From positions 1 through 44,317 of IMG/VR virus record IMGVR_UViG_3300012940_000046: DNA of 44,317 nt; one strand, 5' to 3'. Origin of the DNA: a virus (taxonomy: Duplodnaviria > Caudoviricetes). The position numbers and the translations under genes are program-made. Positions 17,467 through 27,040 of this stretch are shown here, piece after piece. Positions within the stretch are counted from its first letter, which is position 1. Every line of letters begins with the position of its first letter. The notes beneath the pieces were generated by a model. That model worked only from the letters and a program-made list of their open reading frames with translations. It was not told where the DNA came from and did no database searches.

Positions 17467-17958
17467 ATGTCTCTGCAACACGAAAGCGAAATCGAAAACC
17501 CCCGTGCCGTGATCGGCAATAATTCGGGTGCGGCTGCAACCGATATCGTGAACGTGACGGAGCTCGAGAAGGTGCTTCGGGTTTGCCGCGCCGAGTACAA
17601 TTCGGCGTCGATGGACAAGCGGCACGCTGCCGAGAAGCTTCGCGATCTGCGAAACGACTTCAAGGTTTCGCAGGCAGAGCAGTACGACACCATCAACGCG
17701 ATTTTGACGAGCGCTAAGGAAAAGCTCGCTGAGAAGCTTCGCGGGCTGAATGGGTATTCAGCGGCCGAAGAGGCGAAGCGTGATGCGTCGTTGCGGATGA
17801 AAGCGGCTCTGAAAAAGCTCAAGTCGTGTGGCGCTGACCCCCAGGCGTTTAAGATCGCAAACAAGCTCGGTGATATGGACCCGGTAGAGCGCGAAGAGTT
17901 CTTCGACGCTGTGGACCAGTATTGCAAGGCCCTTCGGCTTTGGGGCTCCGATTACTAA
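17467..17958 (+). CDS. GapR/DUF2312-like DNA-binding protein
   Basis: IGNNSG motif; C-terminus MKAALKKLKSCGADPQAFKIANKLGDMDPVEREEFFDAVDQYCKAL resembles GapR. Confidence 0.65.
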   Translation: MSLQHESEIENPRAVIGNNSGAAATDIVNVTELEKVLRVCRAEYNSASMDKRHAAEKLRDLRNDFKVSQAEQYDTINAILTSAKEKLAEKLRGLNGYSAAEEAKRDASLRMKAALKKLKSCGADPQAFKIANKLGDMDPVEREEFFDAVDQYCKALRLWGSDY

Positions 17959-18028
17959 ATTTCGCGTCCGCTTTTGCTCGTGATATTTCGTCTTGCATCG
18001 AGTGTTTATTTTGCAGGACGTTTCCCAA

Positions 18029-18229
18029 GTGGCACGCAAGAATAGCGCTTCAGCGCCTCGCATTCTGATCTGCGAACAGACCGGCCGGGAGTTTGAATAT
18101 CTCGGGTACGGTCGCCCTCCGAAGTTCCATCCCGACGTTGCGAAAGAGCGCGCTAAGAAGCGCCGGCAGGACGCCTACGAGGCGAAGCAGCGTGCCAAGG
18201 GCAAGACTGTTCGTCGTCGGGCGGCTTAG
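18029..18229 (+). CDS. Small basic protein with GRPPK motif
   Basis: AGGA RBS and GTG start; Lys/Arg-rich. Confidence 0.65.
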   Translation: MARKNSASAPRILICEQTGREFEYLGYGRPPKFHPDVAKERAKKRRQDAYEAKQRAKGKTVRRRAA

Positions 18230-18231
18230 CG

Positions 18232-18396
18232 ATGGCAGAGCTGTCTTATTCGCTGCGGTGTCGCTTTCGTCGGGGCTATTTGCCGGCGTTCTACGCGGCT
18301 TATGCGCTGAGCTTGGTAGGCTGGCGGCGCCCGCTCAATCTGTGGTGCGATTGGTTTATCGTAGTGGTTTGCGACGACCGCTCCGGCAATGCCTAG
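18232..18396 (+). CDS. Hypothetical protein, 54 aa
   Basis: Tiles between the previous gene and the HNH gene. Confidence 0.45.
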   Translation: MAELSYSLRCRFRRGYLPAFYAAYALSLVGWRRPLNLWCDWFIVVVCDDRSGNA

Positions 18397-18688
18397 CTAC
18401 GACGCTAACCGCCCGTGGCGCCACCTATACGGGCGCAAGTGGCAGCGGCTAAGCAGGCGCTTCCTTGATAAGCATCCGCTGTGTGTACGCTGCGCAGAGC
18501 TGGGCAGGGTAGGCGCTGCTACGGTCGTGGACCACATCAAGCCGCATAAGGGCGATGTGCTTTTGTTCTGGGCAGTGGGCAATTGGCAAGCGCTCTGCAA
18601 AGAGCACCACGACGGATGGAAGCAGACGATTGAGAACGCGCCGGCCCCGTGTGATTCGAGCGGCTATCCGGCTAATGCGGAATGGTAG
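18389..18688 (+). CDS. HNH endonuclease (HK97 gp74-like terminase cofactor)
   Basis: HPLCVRC, VVDHIKPHKGD, NWQALCKEHH; lies upstream of terS. Confidence 0.92.
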   Translation: MPSYDANRPWRHLYGRKWQRLSRRFLDKHPLCVRCAELGRVGAATVVDHIKPHKGDVLLFWAVGNWQALCKEHHDGWKQTIENAPAPCDSSGYPANAEW

Positions 18689-18882
18689 CGAGAAAAGCAC
18701 AATTGAATATGCAATTGGTGCTTTGATTGCCCGCATTTCAATGAACATGATATAAAAAGCACAAATGGCGGTTGCTGTTAAAACTTTTGAGCTTTGAGAC
18801 CGGGAGACCGCCGCAGAGGGTCACAATTTCGAATGCGCAAGTTTTGATTTAAAAAGCTGATGCAACTTTAGGCGCGAATTAA
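18689..18882. other. Probable cos (packaging) region
   Basis: Non-coding AT-rich gap between HNH and terS with a GC island GAGACCGGGAGACCGCCGCAG; positional inference only. Confidence 0.45.
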
Positions 18883-19383
18883 ATGGGGAAAAGGGGACCG
18901 AAACCAAAGCCAACTGCGCTTAAAGTGCTCGAGGGAAATCCGTCCCGGCGGCCCTTAAACGAGCTTGAGCCTTCGTGCGAAATGCCTCCCGTAAAACCGT
19001 CCGTCATTTCGATGGATGAACTAGCCTCGCTCGAATGGGATCGCGTAATTGCCGCGATGCCGCCCAACCTTTACACGGCTTTGGACACGACCACCCTGGC
19101 CAATTACGCAATGGCGTGGTCGATGCTGGTCAAAGCTCAAAACGATATCGAGACGAATGGCCTGAGTGTTGAAATTTACGAGACGGACAAAGAGGGCAAT
19201 AAATATCTGACCGCAATGAGGACCAATCCGGCCGTTAGAGTATGGAAAGCAGCGAGCGAAACTCTTCTGAAGTGCGCCGATCGCCTCGGGCTTCATCCCG
19301 GCGCGCGAACGCGGCTAGAGGTTCCGAAGCGCGGCGCCGCGCCACCGCAGAGCAAATTTGCGGGCTTGCTCGGGGCAACCTAA
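18883..19383 (+). CDS. terS: Terminase small subunit (P27 family)
   Basis: MGKRGPKPKPTALKVLEGNP, NPAV and LGLHPGARTRL. Confidence 0.93.
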   Translation: MGKRGPKPKPTALKVLEGNPSRRPLNELEPSCEMPPVKPSVISMDELASLEWDRVIAAMPPNLYTALDTTTLANYAMAWSMLVKAQNDIETNGLSVEIYETDKEGNKYLTAMRTNPAVRVWKAASETLLKCADRLGLHPGARTRLEVPKRGAAPPQSKFAGLLGAT

Positions 19384-20975
19384 CGCTCGATCGCGCGATC
19401 GCCGAGGGCTACAACCTCGAAAGATGTGCGCGCGTCATCGGCTTTTTAGAACAACTGACTGTTCCGAGCGGTTTCGGGCAAGGCGAGCGGCTGCAGCTTG
19501 ACGACTTCCAAAAGGAATTCGTCGTCAACGTCTATGGCCCCGTCAACGAAAAGGGCAAGCGGCGCATCCGCGAGGCGCTGTTGAGCATCGCGCGTAAGAA
19601 CGGCAAGAGTGCCTTCGCGGCTGGCCTTGTGCTCTGCCACCTTGTCGGGCCGGAGGCGATCCCGAACGGCGACGTGCTGTCTGCAGCGACGACGAAGGAA
19701 CAGGCGGCGCACATCTACAAGATGGCGTCGCAGATGATCCGGCTCGATCCCGAGCTTAAGCAGATGTGCAAGTGCCTCGACAACACGAAGCGCATCGTCT
19801 GTTATCACAACGGCAACTTTTACCAGTCGCTCGCCGCCGAAGCGCGCCAAAACCACGGCGGCAACCCGGTGTTCTGCATCTATGATGAGCTCGCGCAAGC
19901 TCACGATGCCGAGCTTTACGGCGTGCTCAGCACCGCGTTCGGCGGTCGCGAAGAGGGTTTGTTGCTGATTATCTCGACGCAGACGAATGACCCGCTGCAC
20001 ATTATGTCGGAACAGTGCGACCGCGCGCTAGAGCTCGAAGCCGGAACGCTCAACGATCCGTATTTTTACGGGAAGGTGTACGCGGTGCCGGAAGGCGCCA
20101 ACATCTACGACGAAGAGGTTTGGAAGCTCGCTAATCCGGCGCTCGGCAAGTTCAAAAGCATCGATCACTTGCGCGCGGTCGCGCAAAAAGCCCGCCGGAG
20201 CCCGGCGCGCGAGGCGGAATTCCGCAATCTAGAGCTAAATCAGCGCGTTGACAGTACGCACGCCCTGCTAAACTCGATCGACTGGCGAGCCTGTCAGAAG
20301 CCCTTTGATATCGAATCCATGCGCGAGTTGAATTGCTACGGGGGCTTGGACCTGGCCTCGCGGGTTGATTTGTGTGCGTTTACGCTCGCTTGGCTGCAGC
20401 CGGACGGCGAATGTGCGGCGACAAAGAGTTGGTTTTGGACGCCGGAGCGCGATTTAGAGGACCGCGAGGCGCGCGACGGCGCCCGGTATCGCCAATGGGC
20501 TGACGAAGGCTGGCTTCGCGTGCTCCCCGGCGCGACGGTTTCTTATCTCGCGGTGATCGAAGACATTGCGCGCATCGTTTCCGGCCATTTGCTCGAGGCG
20601 ATAGCGTACGACCGTTATCACCTACCGCATTTCAAACTTTGGATGGACCAAGCAGGCGTCGCGGAAGAGTCGTTTAAGCTGATCGAGCACGGCCAGGGCT
20701 TCAAGGATATGGCGCCGGCCATCAACGCGCTCGAAAGCTACGTTATCGATCACAAATTGCACCACGACGGCAACCCAATCGTCACTTACTGTCTTTCTGG
20801 CGTGAAAGTCGTTTTAGACCCCGCCGGCAATCGCAAATTTGATAAATCGAAGGCAACACGTAGGATTGACGGCGCCGTTACGCTGGCCATGGCCTTGCAC
20901 GCTGCCGCAAACGCCGAGAAGCCAGAACCTGAGAAGCCGAATCCATATTTGAAGCGGGGCTTGCGTGTCCTCTGA
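19242..20975 (+). CDS. terL: Terminase large subunit (start uncertain: ATG 19242 or ACG 19383)
   Basis: ARKNGKS Walker A, YDE Walker B, GLDLAS and RIDGAV. Confidence 0.95.
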   Translation: MESSERNSSEVRRSPRASSRRANAARGSEARRRATAEQICGLARGNLTLDRAIAEGYNLERCARVIGFLEQLTVPSGFGQGERLQLDDFQKEFVVNVYGPVNEKGKRRIREALLSIARKNGKSAFAAGLVLCHLVGPEAIPNGDVLSAATTKEQAAHIYKMASQMIRLDPELKQMCKCLDNTKRIVCYHNGNFYQSLAAEARQNHGGNPVFCIYDELAQAHDAELYGVLSTAFGGREEGLLLIISTQTNDPLHIMSEQCDRALELEAGTLNDPYFYGKVYAVPEGANIYDEEVWKLANPALGKFKSIDHLRAVAQKARRSPAREAEFRNLELNQRVDSTHALLNSIDWRACQKPFDIESMRELNCYGGLDLASRVDLCAFTLAWLQPDGECAATKSWFWTPERDLEDREARDGARYRQWADEGWLRVLPGATVSYLAVIEDIARIVSGHLLEAIAYDRYHLPHFKLWMDQAGVAEESFKLIEHGQGFKDMAPAINALESYVIDHKLHHDGNPIVTYCLSGVKVVLDPAGNRKFDKSKATRRIDGAVTLAMALHAAANAEKPEPEKPNPYLKRGLRVL

Positions 20976-22233
20976 TCTAGCATTGGTCGCCCGCGGGCTC
21001 CGCAACTGGGTTTTTAACTCCGTGACGCCGGCCGGCGGCGGGCGCGTCGCTTCGACGCCCGGTCAGATTCAGGAAATGATCCTTCGGGATACCTACGGCG
21101 ACGGCGTTATTGCTCCGGTATCTGACAATCAGGCTTTGCGCGTTGCCGCGGTGTGGGCTTGCGTGCGATTGCTGTCCACAGCCGTCGCGATGTTACCTGT
21201 TTCGCTGTATCGGCGCGACGGCGACCGCAACACGGCTGTTCCTGAGCACGGGGTGCATAAATTGCTCGCCGAGCGGCCAAACGCTTGGCAGACGCCCTAT
21301 GAATTCAAGCAAATGTTGCTCGCGCACGTGCTTTTGCGGGGCAATTTCTACGCTGAAAAGGTGCTTTTCAAAGGGGAAGTGTCCGACCTTTTGCCCCTTG
21401 ATCCGTCCCGGATGGAGCCGAGAATTACTGATTCGGGCCGCTCGGCTTACATCTATTCGGGTGAAACCGGGCGAAAAATACCCTATAAACAGGGCGAAAT
21501 CCTGCATATCCGCGGTCTTACCCTAGATGGAATCAAGGGTTTGAGCGTGCTTTCGGCCGCCCGAAACGCCATTGCGGTCGCTTCGAAGCTCGAGGCGCAC
21601 GGCTTCGGGCTGATGGACAACGGCGCGCGCCCGAGCGGCGTGCTCGAGACGGATAACGAGCTGAGCGAAGAGGCCTTCGAGCGGCTGCGGAAGGATTTCG
21701 AAAAGAACTATCAGGGTTCCGAGAACGCCGGCCGCCCGATGATCCTTGAAGCGGGCTTGAAGTGGAAGCAGGCGCAGCTTTCCGCCGAAGACGCTCAGTT
21801 CATCGATCAGCGCAAGTACACGCGCGCCGAAATCGCGATGTTTTTCGGTGTTCCGCCGCACATGATCGGCGACATTGAGCGCGGCACGTCTTGGGGCTCG
21901 GGCATTGAAACGCAGAACCTCGGATTTCTGGTGCACACGCTGCTTCCGTACCTCGTAAATATTACGCAGGCGGGGGAACGCGATTTGTTGCGGGCTGACG
22001 AGCGGAGTAATTTCGTTTTGAAGTTTGACACGAGCCTTTTGACGCGCGCTGATTTTGGCGCTCGCCAGACCGGCCTTCAGATTCAAAAGCGAAACGGGGT
22101 TATCTCGACAAATGAGTGGCGCAAAATCGAAGGGCTCGATCCGATCGACGAAGACGGCGCGGACGAACACAAAGCAGATCAAAACCCCGTCGCTCCCGGT
22201 TCTGGCTCGAGCGAAGAGCGCAAAGCCTCTTAA
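20965..22233 (+). CDS. HK97-family portal protein
   Basis: AVWACV, PNAWQT, GNFY, ILHIRG, NGARPSGVL, ILEAGLKW and FGVPP. Confidence 0.96.
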   Translation: MSSDLALVARGLRNWVFNSVTPAGGGRVASTPGQIQEMILRDTYGDGVIAPVSDNQALRVAAVWACVRLLSTAVAMLPVSLYRRDGDRNTAVPEHGVHKLLAERPNAWQTPYEFKQMLLAHVLLRGNFYAEKVLFKGEVSDLLPLDPSRMEPRITDSGRSAYIYSGETGRKIPYKQGEILHIRGLTLDGIKGLSVLSAARNAIAVASKLEAHGFGLMDNGARPSGVLETDNELSEEAFERLRKDFEKNYQGSENAGRPMILEAGLKWKQAQLSAEDAQFIDQRKYTRAEIAMFFGVPPHMIGDIERGTSWGSGIETQNLGFLVHTLLPYLVNITQAGERDLLRADERSNFVLKFDTSLLTRADFGARQTGLQIQKRNGVISTNEWRKIEGLDPIDEDGADEHKADQNPVAPGSGSSEERKAS

Positions 22234-22996
22234 GATTGCCGCCCGCGTCATCGACGCGGATCGCGAAGAGATTTTCTCGAAGAGCAATCAGCGCTTCGCT
22301 GTTGAAGCACGCTCTGACGTTACGGAAATTTCGCTTTACGACGAAATCGGCCGATGGGGCGTCAGCGCAAAGATGTTCCGCGCGGCGCTCGATCAGATCG
22401 ACACGAAAAACATCGTGTTGAATCTCAATTCGCCCGGTGGCGATGTTTTCGACGGTATAGCAATTTTTAACGACTTGCTTGCCCATCCCGCGAAGGTGGT
22501 GGTACGTGTCAATGGTCTCGCCGCTTCCGCCGCTTCATTGATCGCGATGGCTGGTGACGAGATTGAGATTGCGGAGAGTGCCTTTTTCATGATTCACAAC
22601 GCTTGGTCGATTGCCATCGGAGATACCCGCGAGCTTACGGCGCGGGCCAAGCTTCTGAAGACGATCGACGGGAAGCTGGCGGACGTTTACGCCGGCCGTA
22701 CCGGCCAGGACGTTGCCGACGTTCGGCAGCAGATGGATGATGAAACCTGGCTGACGGCGGAAGACGCCGTGGATCAGGGTTTCGCCGACAAGCTCATTGC
22801 GATTGATGACGATGAAAGTGCCGAGGCGCGCGCATCGTTTGATCTTGCGCCCTTCAAGAATGTTCCGCGTGGGCTTTCGCGCTCGCGGCGCACGGCGAAG
22901 GTCAAAGAAAATCCGCCCCTTCCTACGGCGGCCCACACTGACTTTTCGTCACTCGTGGCGGCGCTCAACGCTCTGAACGGAGTGATTGCCGCTTAG
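22112..22996 (+). CDS. ClpP-like prohead protease (start uncertain)
   Basis: LNSPGGDVFDG, GLAASAAS, MIHNAW and ETWLTAEDAV..GFAD. Confidence 0.93.
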   Translation: MSGAKSKGSIRSTKTARTNTKQIKTPSLPVLARAKSAKPLKIAARVIDADREEIFSKSNQRFAVEARSDVTEISLYDEIGRWGVSAKMFRAALDQIDTKNIVLNLNSPGGDVFDGIAIFNDLLAHPAKVVVRVNGLAASAASLIAMAGDEIEIAESAFFMIHNAWSIAIGDTRELTARAKLLKTIDGKLADVYAGRTGQDVADVRQQMDDETWLTAEDAVDQGFADKLIAIDDDESAEARASFDLAPFKNVPRGLSRSRRTAKVKENPPLPTAAHTDFSSLVAALNALNGVIAA

Positions 22997-23022
22997 CGTT
23001 CTCTTTTCAAAGGTTTGACCTG

Positions 23023-24342
23023 ATGAATATTGCTGCGAAGCCGGCCCTTAAGGGCCGGAAGCCCCTCTTTGTGCCCGGTTTGATGCCGGGCGTTGCGCGC
23101 GCCGACACGGCGCCCGGCGTTGCCGAAGTGAAGGCCGCCGTTGACAAGATCATGAATACGTTCGAAGCCTTCAAGGCGCAGAACGATAAGGAGCTTGCCG
23201 AGCTGAAGGCTAAGGGCTCTGCCGACGTTGTTACCCGCGAGCACACGGATCGCATCAACGCGAACGTGACGGCTCTCGAAACCGAGATGAAAGAGATGAA
23301 CGCGCGCATCGCTCGCGCGAACATCGGCCGGGGTGACGACGAAAAGGGCACCCCGGAACAGCGCGCCTATACCGAAGCATTCAAGAATTGGTTTGCAACT
23401 GGCGAAGGCGAGCGCGAGCTGCACGCCCTGGCCGTAAAGGCGGCCATGACGACCGACAACAAGCCGGACGGCGGTTATCTTGTTCCGACTGCCGTTGATG
23501 CCGCCATCGGCCGCGTTGCCGGTGAGCGATCCGTGATGCGCAACCTTGCTCGCGTCGTTTCTATTTCGACGAAGAGCATGACGAAGCTTCACAACCTCGG
23601 CGGCGCTCAGTCGGGCTGGGTTGCGGAGAAGGCGCCACGCTCGCAGACGAATGCCCCTTCGCTCGCCGAGCTTGAGATTCCGACGCACGAAATCTATGCG
23701 CAGCCGGCGGCGTCTCAGACGCTCCTCGATGATGCCAGCATCGATATTGGCGCTTGGCTCGCCGAAGAGGTCAATATCGAGTTCGGGGAGCAGGAAGGCG
23801 ACGCGTTCTTTAACGGCGACGGCGTTGTGAAGCCGCGCGGCTTCCTCGCAGAGCCCGTTGTCGCTAACGGCTCGTACGCTTGGGGTAAGCTCGGCTTTGT
23901 GAAGACGGGCGTTGCCGCGGCGCTCAGCGACACGAACAATAACGGCGCCGATGCGCTGATCGACCTGATTCACTCGCTCAAGCAGAAGTACCGCAGCAAC
24001 GGCTCGTTCCTGATGAACGATCTGACGCTCGCCGCGGTGCGTAAGCTGAAGGACGGCGATAAGAATTATCTGTGGCAACCGTCCATTCAGCAGGGCGTGC
24101 CCTCGCTGTTGCTTGGCTACCCTGTCGCCGAGGACGATCATGCGCCGGACGTTGGCGCCGACAAGTTCCCGATCGCTTTCGGCGACTGGCAGAGCGGCTA
24201 CACGATCGTTGATCGCATCGGCGCTCGCGTGCTTCGCGACCCCTATTCGAGCAAGCCTTACGTGCTCTTCTACACGACGAAGCGCGTCGGCGGAAAGGTC
24301 ACGAACTTCGAGGCTATCAAGCTCCTGAAGGTCGCAGCCTAA
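23023..24342 (+). CDS. HK97-family major capsid protein
   Basis: N-terminal delta coiled coil, DGGYLVP, WVAE, GDGVVKPRG, FGD and KRVGG. Confidence 0.96.
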   Translation: MNIAAKPALKGRKPLFVPGLMPGVARADTAPGVAEVKAAVDKIMNTFEAFKAQNDKELAELKAKGSADVVTREHTDRINANVTALETEMKEMNARIARANIGRGDDEKGTPEQRAYTEAFKNWFATGEGERELHALAVKAAMTTDNKPDGGYLVPTAVDAAIGRVAGERSVMRNLARVVSISTKSMTKLHNLGGAQSGWVAEKAPRSQTNAPSLAELEIPTHEIYAQPAASQTLLDDASIDIGAWLAEEVNIEFGEQEGDAFFNGDGVVKPRGFLAEPVVANGSYAWGKLGFVKTGVAAALSDTNNNGADALIDLIHSLKQKYRSNGSFLMNDLTLAAVRKLKDGDKNYLWQPSIQQGVPSLLLGYPVAEDDHAPDVGADKFPIAFGDWQSGYTIVDRIGARVLRDPYSSKPYVLFYTTKRVGGKVTNFEAIKLLKVAA

Positions 24343-24352
24343 GCCAGTCTCG

Positions 24353-24387
24353 GGAGCCGTCTTCGGACGGCTCCACTCCCCTTTTTC
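24353..24387 (+). terminator. Hairpin (UUCG loop), probable terminator after the capsid gene
   Basis: GGAGCCGTC-TTCG-GACGGCTCC followed by a pyrimidine tract. Confidence 0.6.
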
Positions 24388-24409
24388 CTATTTGTGAAGG
24401 TTCACAAAG

Positions 24410-24850
24410 ATGCGTTTCGACATTCACTCTGACATGGACGTGAAGAACGTCTTCGGCCCGGTCGCCATGAGCGCCGACAACACTCCGGTTGCCATTGATC
24501 TGCAGGGCTATCATGCTGCCGAAATCGTGCTCGGCGTCGGCATCGGCGGCATTACGTTCAGCGGTACGAACAAGATCGAGTTCAAGCTGACGCACAGTGA
24601 CGACAACGTGAGCTATGCCGCTGTGACGGAAGACGACATGCTCGGCGTTGTGCCGGCGAGCGGCGGCATCATCAAGTCACTGATCGAAGAGCATGCGGCG
24701 GCGGCGAAGTATCGTTATGGCTACCGCGGCGGCAAGCGCTATCTGAAGTTGCTCGCCGACTTCAGCGGTACGCACGGCGCCGCTACGCCGCTCAGCGCTG
24801 AAGTGGTTGCGATGCGCCCCGAAGTGGCGCCCGTCGCAGACGCCGCCTAA
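24410..24850 (+). CDS. Virion protein (probable head decoration or cement protein)
   Basis: Follows the capsid gene; IDLQGY, SDD and GYRGGKRYL pattern. Confidence 0.7.
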   Translation: MRFDIHSDMDVKNVFGPVAMSADNTPVAIDLQGYHAAEIVLGVGIGGITFSGTNKIEFKLTHSDDNVSYAAVTEDDMLGVVPASGGIIKSLIEEHAAAAKYRYGYRGGKRYLKLLADFSGTHGAATPLSAEVVAMRPEVAPVADAA

Positions 24851-24883
24851 GCCTCTGAAGCTCGAGCACTAGGACAGACGAAG

Positions 24884-25465
24884 ATGCTGCTTTCGCTTGT
24901 GACACCGCCTGCCAATCTTCCGGTGACGGTCGCCGAAGCGAAAGCGCATCTTCGTATCGAGCACACGGAAGACGACACGTATTTAGAGACGCTGATTAAA
25001 GCCGTCACCGCAGAGCTTGACGGCCGGCAGGGATTTTTGCGCCGTGCACTGATCACACAGACGTGGGATTACAGTCTCCCTTGGTTTCCCGTCGTGCGGC
25101 GCATCTGTGTTCCGATGCCGCCGCTGCTGAGCATTACGTCTATCAAGTACTTCGACGCCGACAACGTTGAGCAGACGTTTTCGAGCGACAACTACGAGAC
25201 GGTTACGCAAGACGAGCAAGGCTACGTTGCGCTAAAGCAGAGCGCGAGCTGGCCGGGAACATACGAGCGCGAGGCCGCGCTGACCATTCGCTTTGTCGCC
25301 GGCTATGGCGCCGCTGCAACCGACATTCCAGACAATATCCGAGCCGCGGTGCTGTTGCGCATTGGCGAGCTGTACGCGAACCGCGGCGACGAAGCCATCA
25401 ACGGCGATATGAGCGTGACGGTAAAGCGCCTGCTTAACCCGTCGCGCCGGGTGATCCTGGCATGA
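24884..25465 (+). CDS. Head-tail connector (gp6-like adaptor)
   Basis: PVTVAEAKAHLRI, LITQTW, FVAGYG and LYANR. Confidence 0.9.
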   Translation: MLLSLVTPPANLPVTVAEAKAHLRIEHTEDDTYLETLIKAVTAELDGRQGFLRRALITQTWDYSLPWFPVVRRICVPMPPLLSITSIKYFDADNVEQTFSSDNYETVTQDEQGYVALKQSASWPGTYEREAALTIRFVAGYGAAATDIPDNIRAAVLLRIGELYANRGDEAINGDMSVTVKRLLNPSRRVILA

Positions 25466-25809
25466 GCGTCGGCGAGCGCCGGGAGCGCATCACGATCCGT
25501 CGCAAGTCTCGCGTCAAACGCACGGACGGCGGCTATGACACGACGCTAGCCGATCTGGCGACGCGATGGGCCTCTGTCCGCCCCGTGCGCGAGCGCGCGG
25601 GCGAAAGTGAGCAAGCAGGGCGCAAGCGCGGCACGGTCACATATCTGATCGAAGTTGATAGCCGCGGCACCGACTGCATTACGGATGACGTGATCGTTTG
25701 GAAGACGAACGGCGGCATCATTTTGAACGTGCGCGAAGTGCGTTTGCCGATGGGCCGAACGCTTCCGCTGACAATCGTTGCAGAGTCGGGAGTGCCGAAC
25801 AGTGGCTAG
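25462..25809 (+). CDS. Head closure protein (SPP1 gp16-like)
   Basis: GERRERITI, DGGY and WASV; position. Confidence 0.85.
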   Translation: MSVGERRERITIRRKSRVKRTDGGYDTTLADLATRWASVRPVRERAGESEQAGRKRGTVTYLIEVDSRGTDCITDDVIVWKTNGGIILNVREVRLPMGRTLPLTIVAESGVPNSG

Positions 25810-26209
25810 GCGGCGTGTCAACGATAGCCGGTTGCGGCGTAAGCTCCGGCGCTTCCCGGAAGACTTGCGGGCGGAAATCGCTATTCCGATGAAGCTCGGC
25901 GCGGAAGAGTTGGCGGCCACGATTACCGCAAACGCCCCCAAGGACAGTGGCGATATGGCCGAAGAGGTTACTTATCGGCTATCGCGTGATGGGCTCTCGG
26001 CGCAGATCGGCTATTCGAAGCGGGCCGGCTTCAAACGTGCGTGGAAGCGCGGCGGCTTCAAGGCGCTGTGGCAGGAATACGGGACGCGCAAGATGCCGGC
26101 GCATAAGTTCATTAGTCCTTCCTATATGCAACTTTTGCCGCGCATTCTCGATAGCATTGATCGGGCGGTAGCGCGCACGCTCCGCCGCGCGTCCTCGGGG
26201 GATTTCTGA
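25802..26209 (+). CDS. HK97 gp10-like neck protein
   Basis: APKDSG and EYGTRKMPAHKFISP. Confidence 0.88.
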   Translation: MARRRVNDSRLRRKLRRFPEDLRAEIAIPMKLGAEELAATITANAPKDSGDMAEEVTYRLSRDGLSAQIGYSKRAGFKRAWKRGGFKALWQEYGTRKMPAHKFISPSYMQLLPRILDSIDRAVARTLRRASSGDF

Positions 26210-26210
26210 C

Positions 26211-26594
26211 GTGGGCTGTGATCTAGTTTTTCAGGAAGTCATTGCGATCGCGCTTGATGCAGCGATGCCGACGATTTCGCAGGGGTCGCACCCGCCGCCG
26301 GAGGAAGACGAAGAGCTTCCCTACGTTCAGTTTGGGCAAAGCGATGTGCGAGACGATTTCGCGGTCGGCCATTCTGTGACGACTGAAGTACACGTGTGGT
26401 CCGTCGTCGAAGGCCCGCACGAAGCGAAGACTTTGCAGGGGCAAATTCGCGACGCTCTGCACTCGATCGATTTTACGCGTGACGGATGGAAGTTCACCAA
26501 CGTTCGCGAAGAATATGCGCGCACATTTTTAGACGTCGATGGTGAAACGTGGCACGGTGTCCAGCGTTTTCGCGCGCTCGCTGGTCCGGCGTGA
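26211..26594 (+). CDS. Tail terminator (DUF3168-like)
   Basis: PYVQFG, HVWS and HGVQRFRA. Confidence 0.85.
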   Translation: MGCDLVFQEVIAIALDAAMPTISQGSHPPPEEDEELPYVQFGQSDVRDDFAVGHSVTTEVHVWSVVEGPHEAKTLQGQIRDALHSIDFTRDGWKFTNVREEYARTFLDVDGETWHGVQRFRALAGPA

Positions 26595-26611
26595 TTTTGG
26601 AGTAATTTATA

Positions 26612-27028
26612 ATGGCTGCACAGTCGGGCAAGGCTATCGTCGTTTCGTTCAAAGACGATGCGATGACCCCCGCCTATCAGGTTGTCGCCGGGCTTCGGTC
26701 GCGACGCATTTCGCTGAACGGCGAGACGGTTGACGTGACCCATGCTGAAAGCACCGGACAGTGGCGCGAGCTTCTGGCCGGCGTCGGCGTCCGCTCGGCG
26801 AGCATCAGCGGTGACGGCATCTTTATGGATGCCGCGGGGGAAGAGGCGGTGCGCGATGCGTTTTTCGCTCACGAGCACCGCGACGCAAAGATTCTGATCC
26901 CCGACTACGGAACCTTCGAAGGAAAGTTTCAGGTCACGTCGCTGGAATTGAGCGGCGAATACAACGATGCCGTGCAGAATTCCATGACCCTGGAAAGTGC
27001 CGGCGAAATCACCTTCACCGCGGCATAA
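26612..27028 (+). CDS. Major tail tube protein (TP901-1/GTA type)
   Basis: MAAQSGK, VDVT..ES.GQWRELLAG.GVRS and LESAG. Confidence 0.93.
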   Translation: MAAQSGKAIVVSFKDDAMTPAYQVVAGLRSRRISLNGETVDVTHAESTGQWRELLAGVGVRSASISGDGIFMDAAGEEAVRDAFFAHEHRDAKILIPDYGTFEGKFQVTSLELSGEYNDAVQNSMTLESAGEITFTAA

Positions 27029-27040
27029 ACAAGGGCAACC

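Noticed and set aside
18699-18714. Additional operator GCACAATTGAATATGC
   Set aside because: The spacing is N10 rather than N11; it may instead be a terminase or IHF-related site in the cos region.
18868-18882. CtrA-like box TTAG-N7-TTAA before terS
   Set aside because: A single mismatched copy overlapping the RBS region is insufficient evidence.
22993-24141. Long antisense ORFs opposite the capsid gene, and similarly 29941-31257, 21523-22287 and 12925-13602
   Set aside because: These are shadows of high-GC codon bias, with no motifs or RBS.
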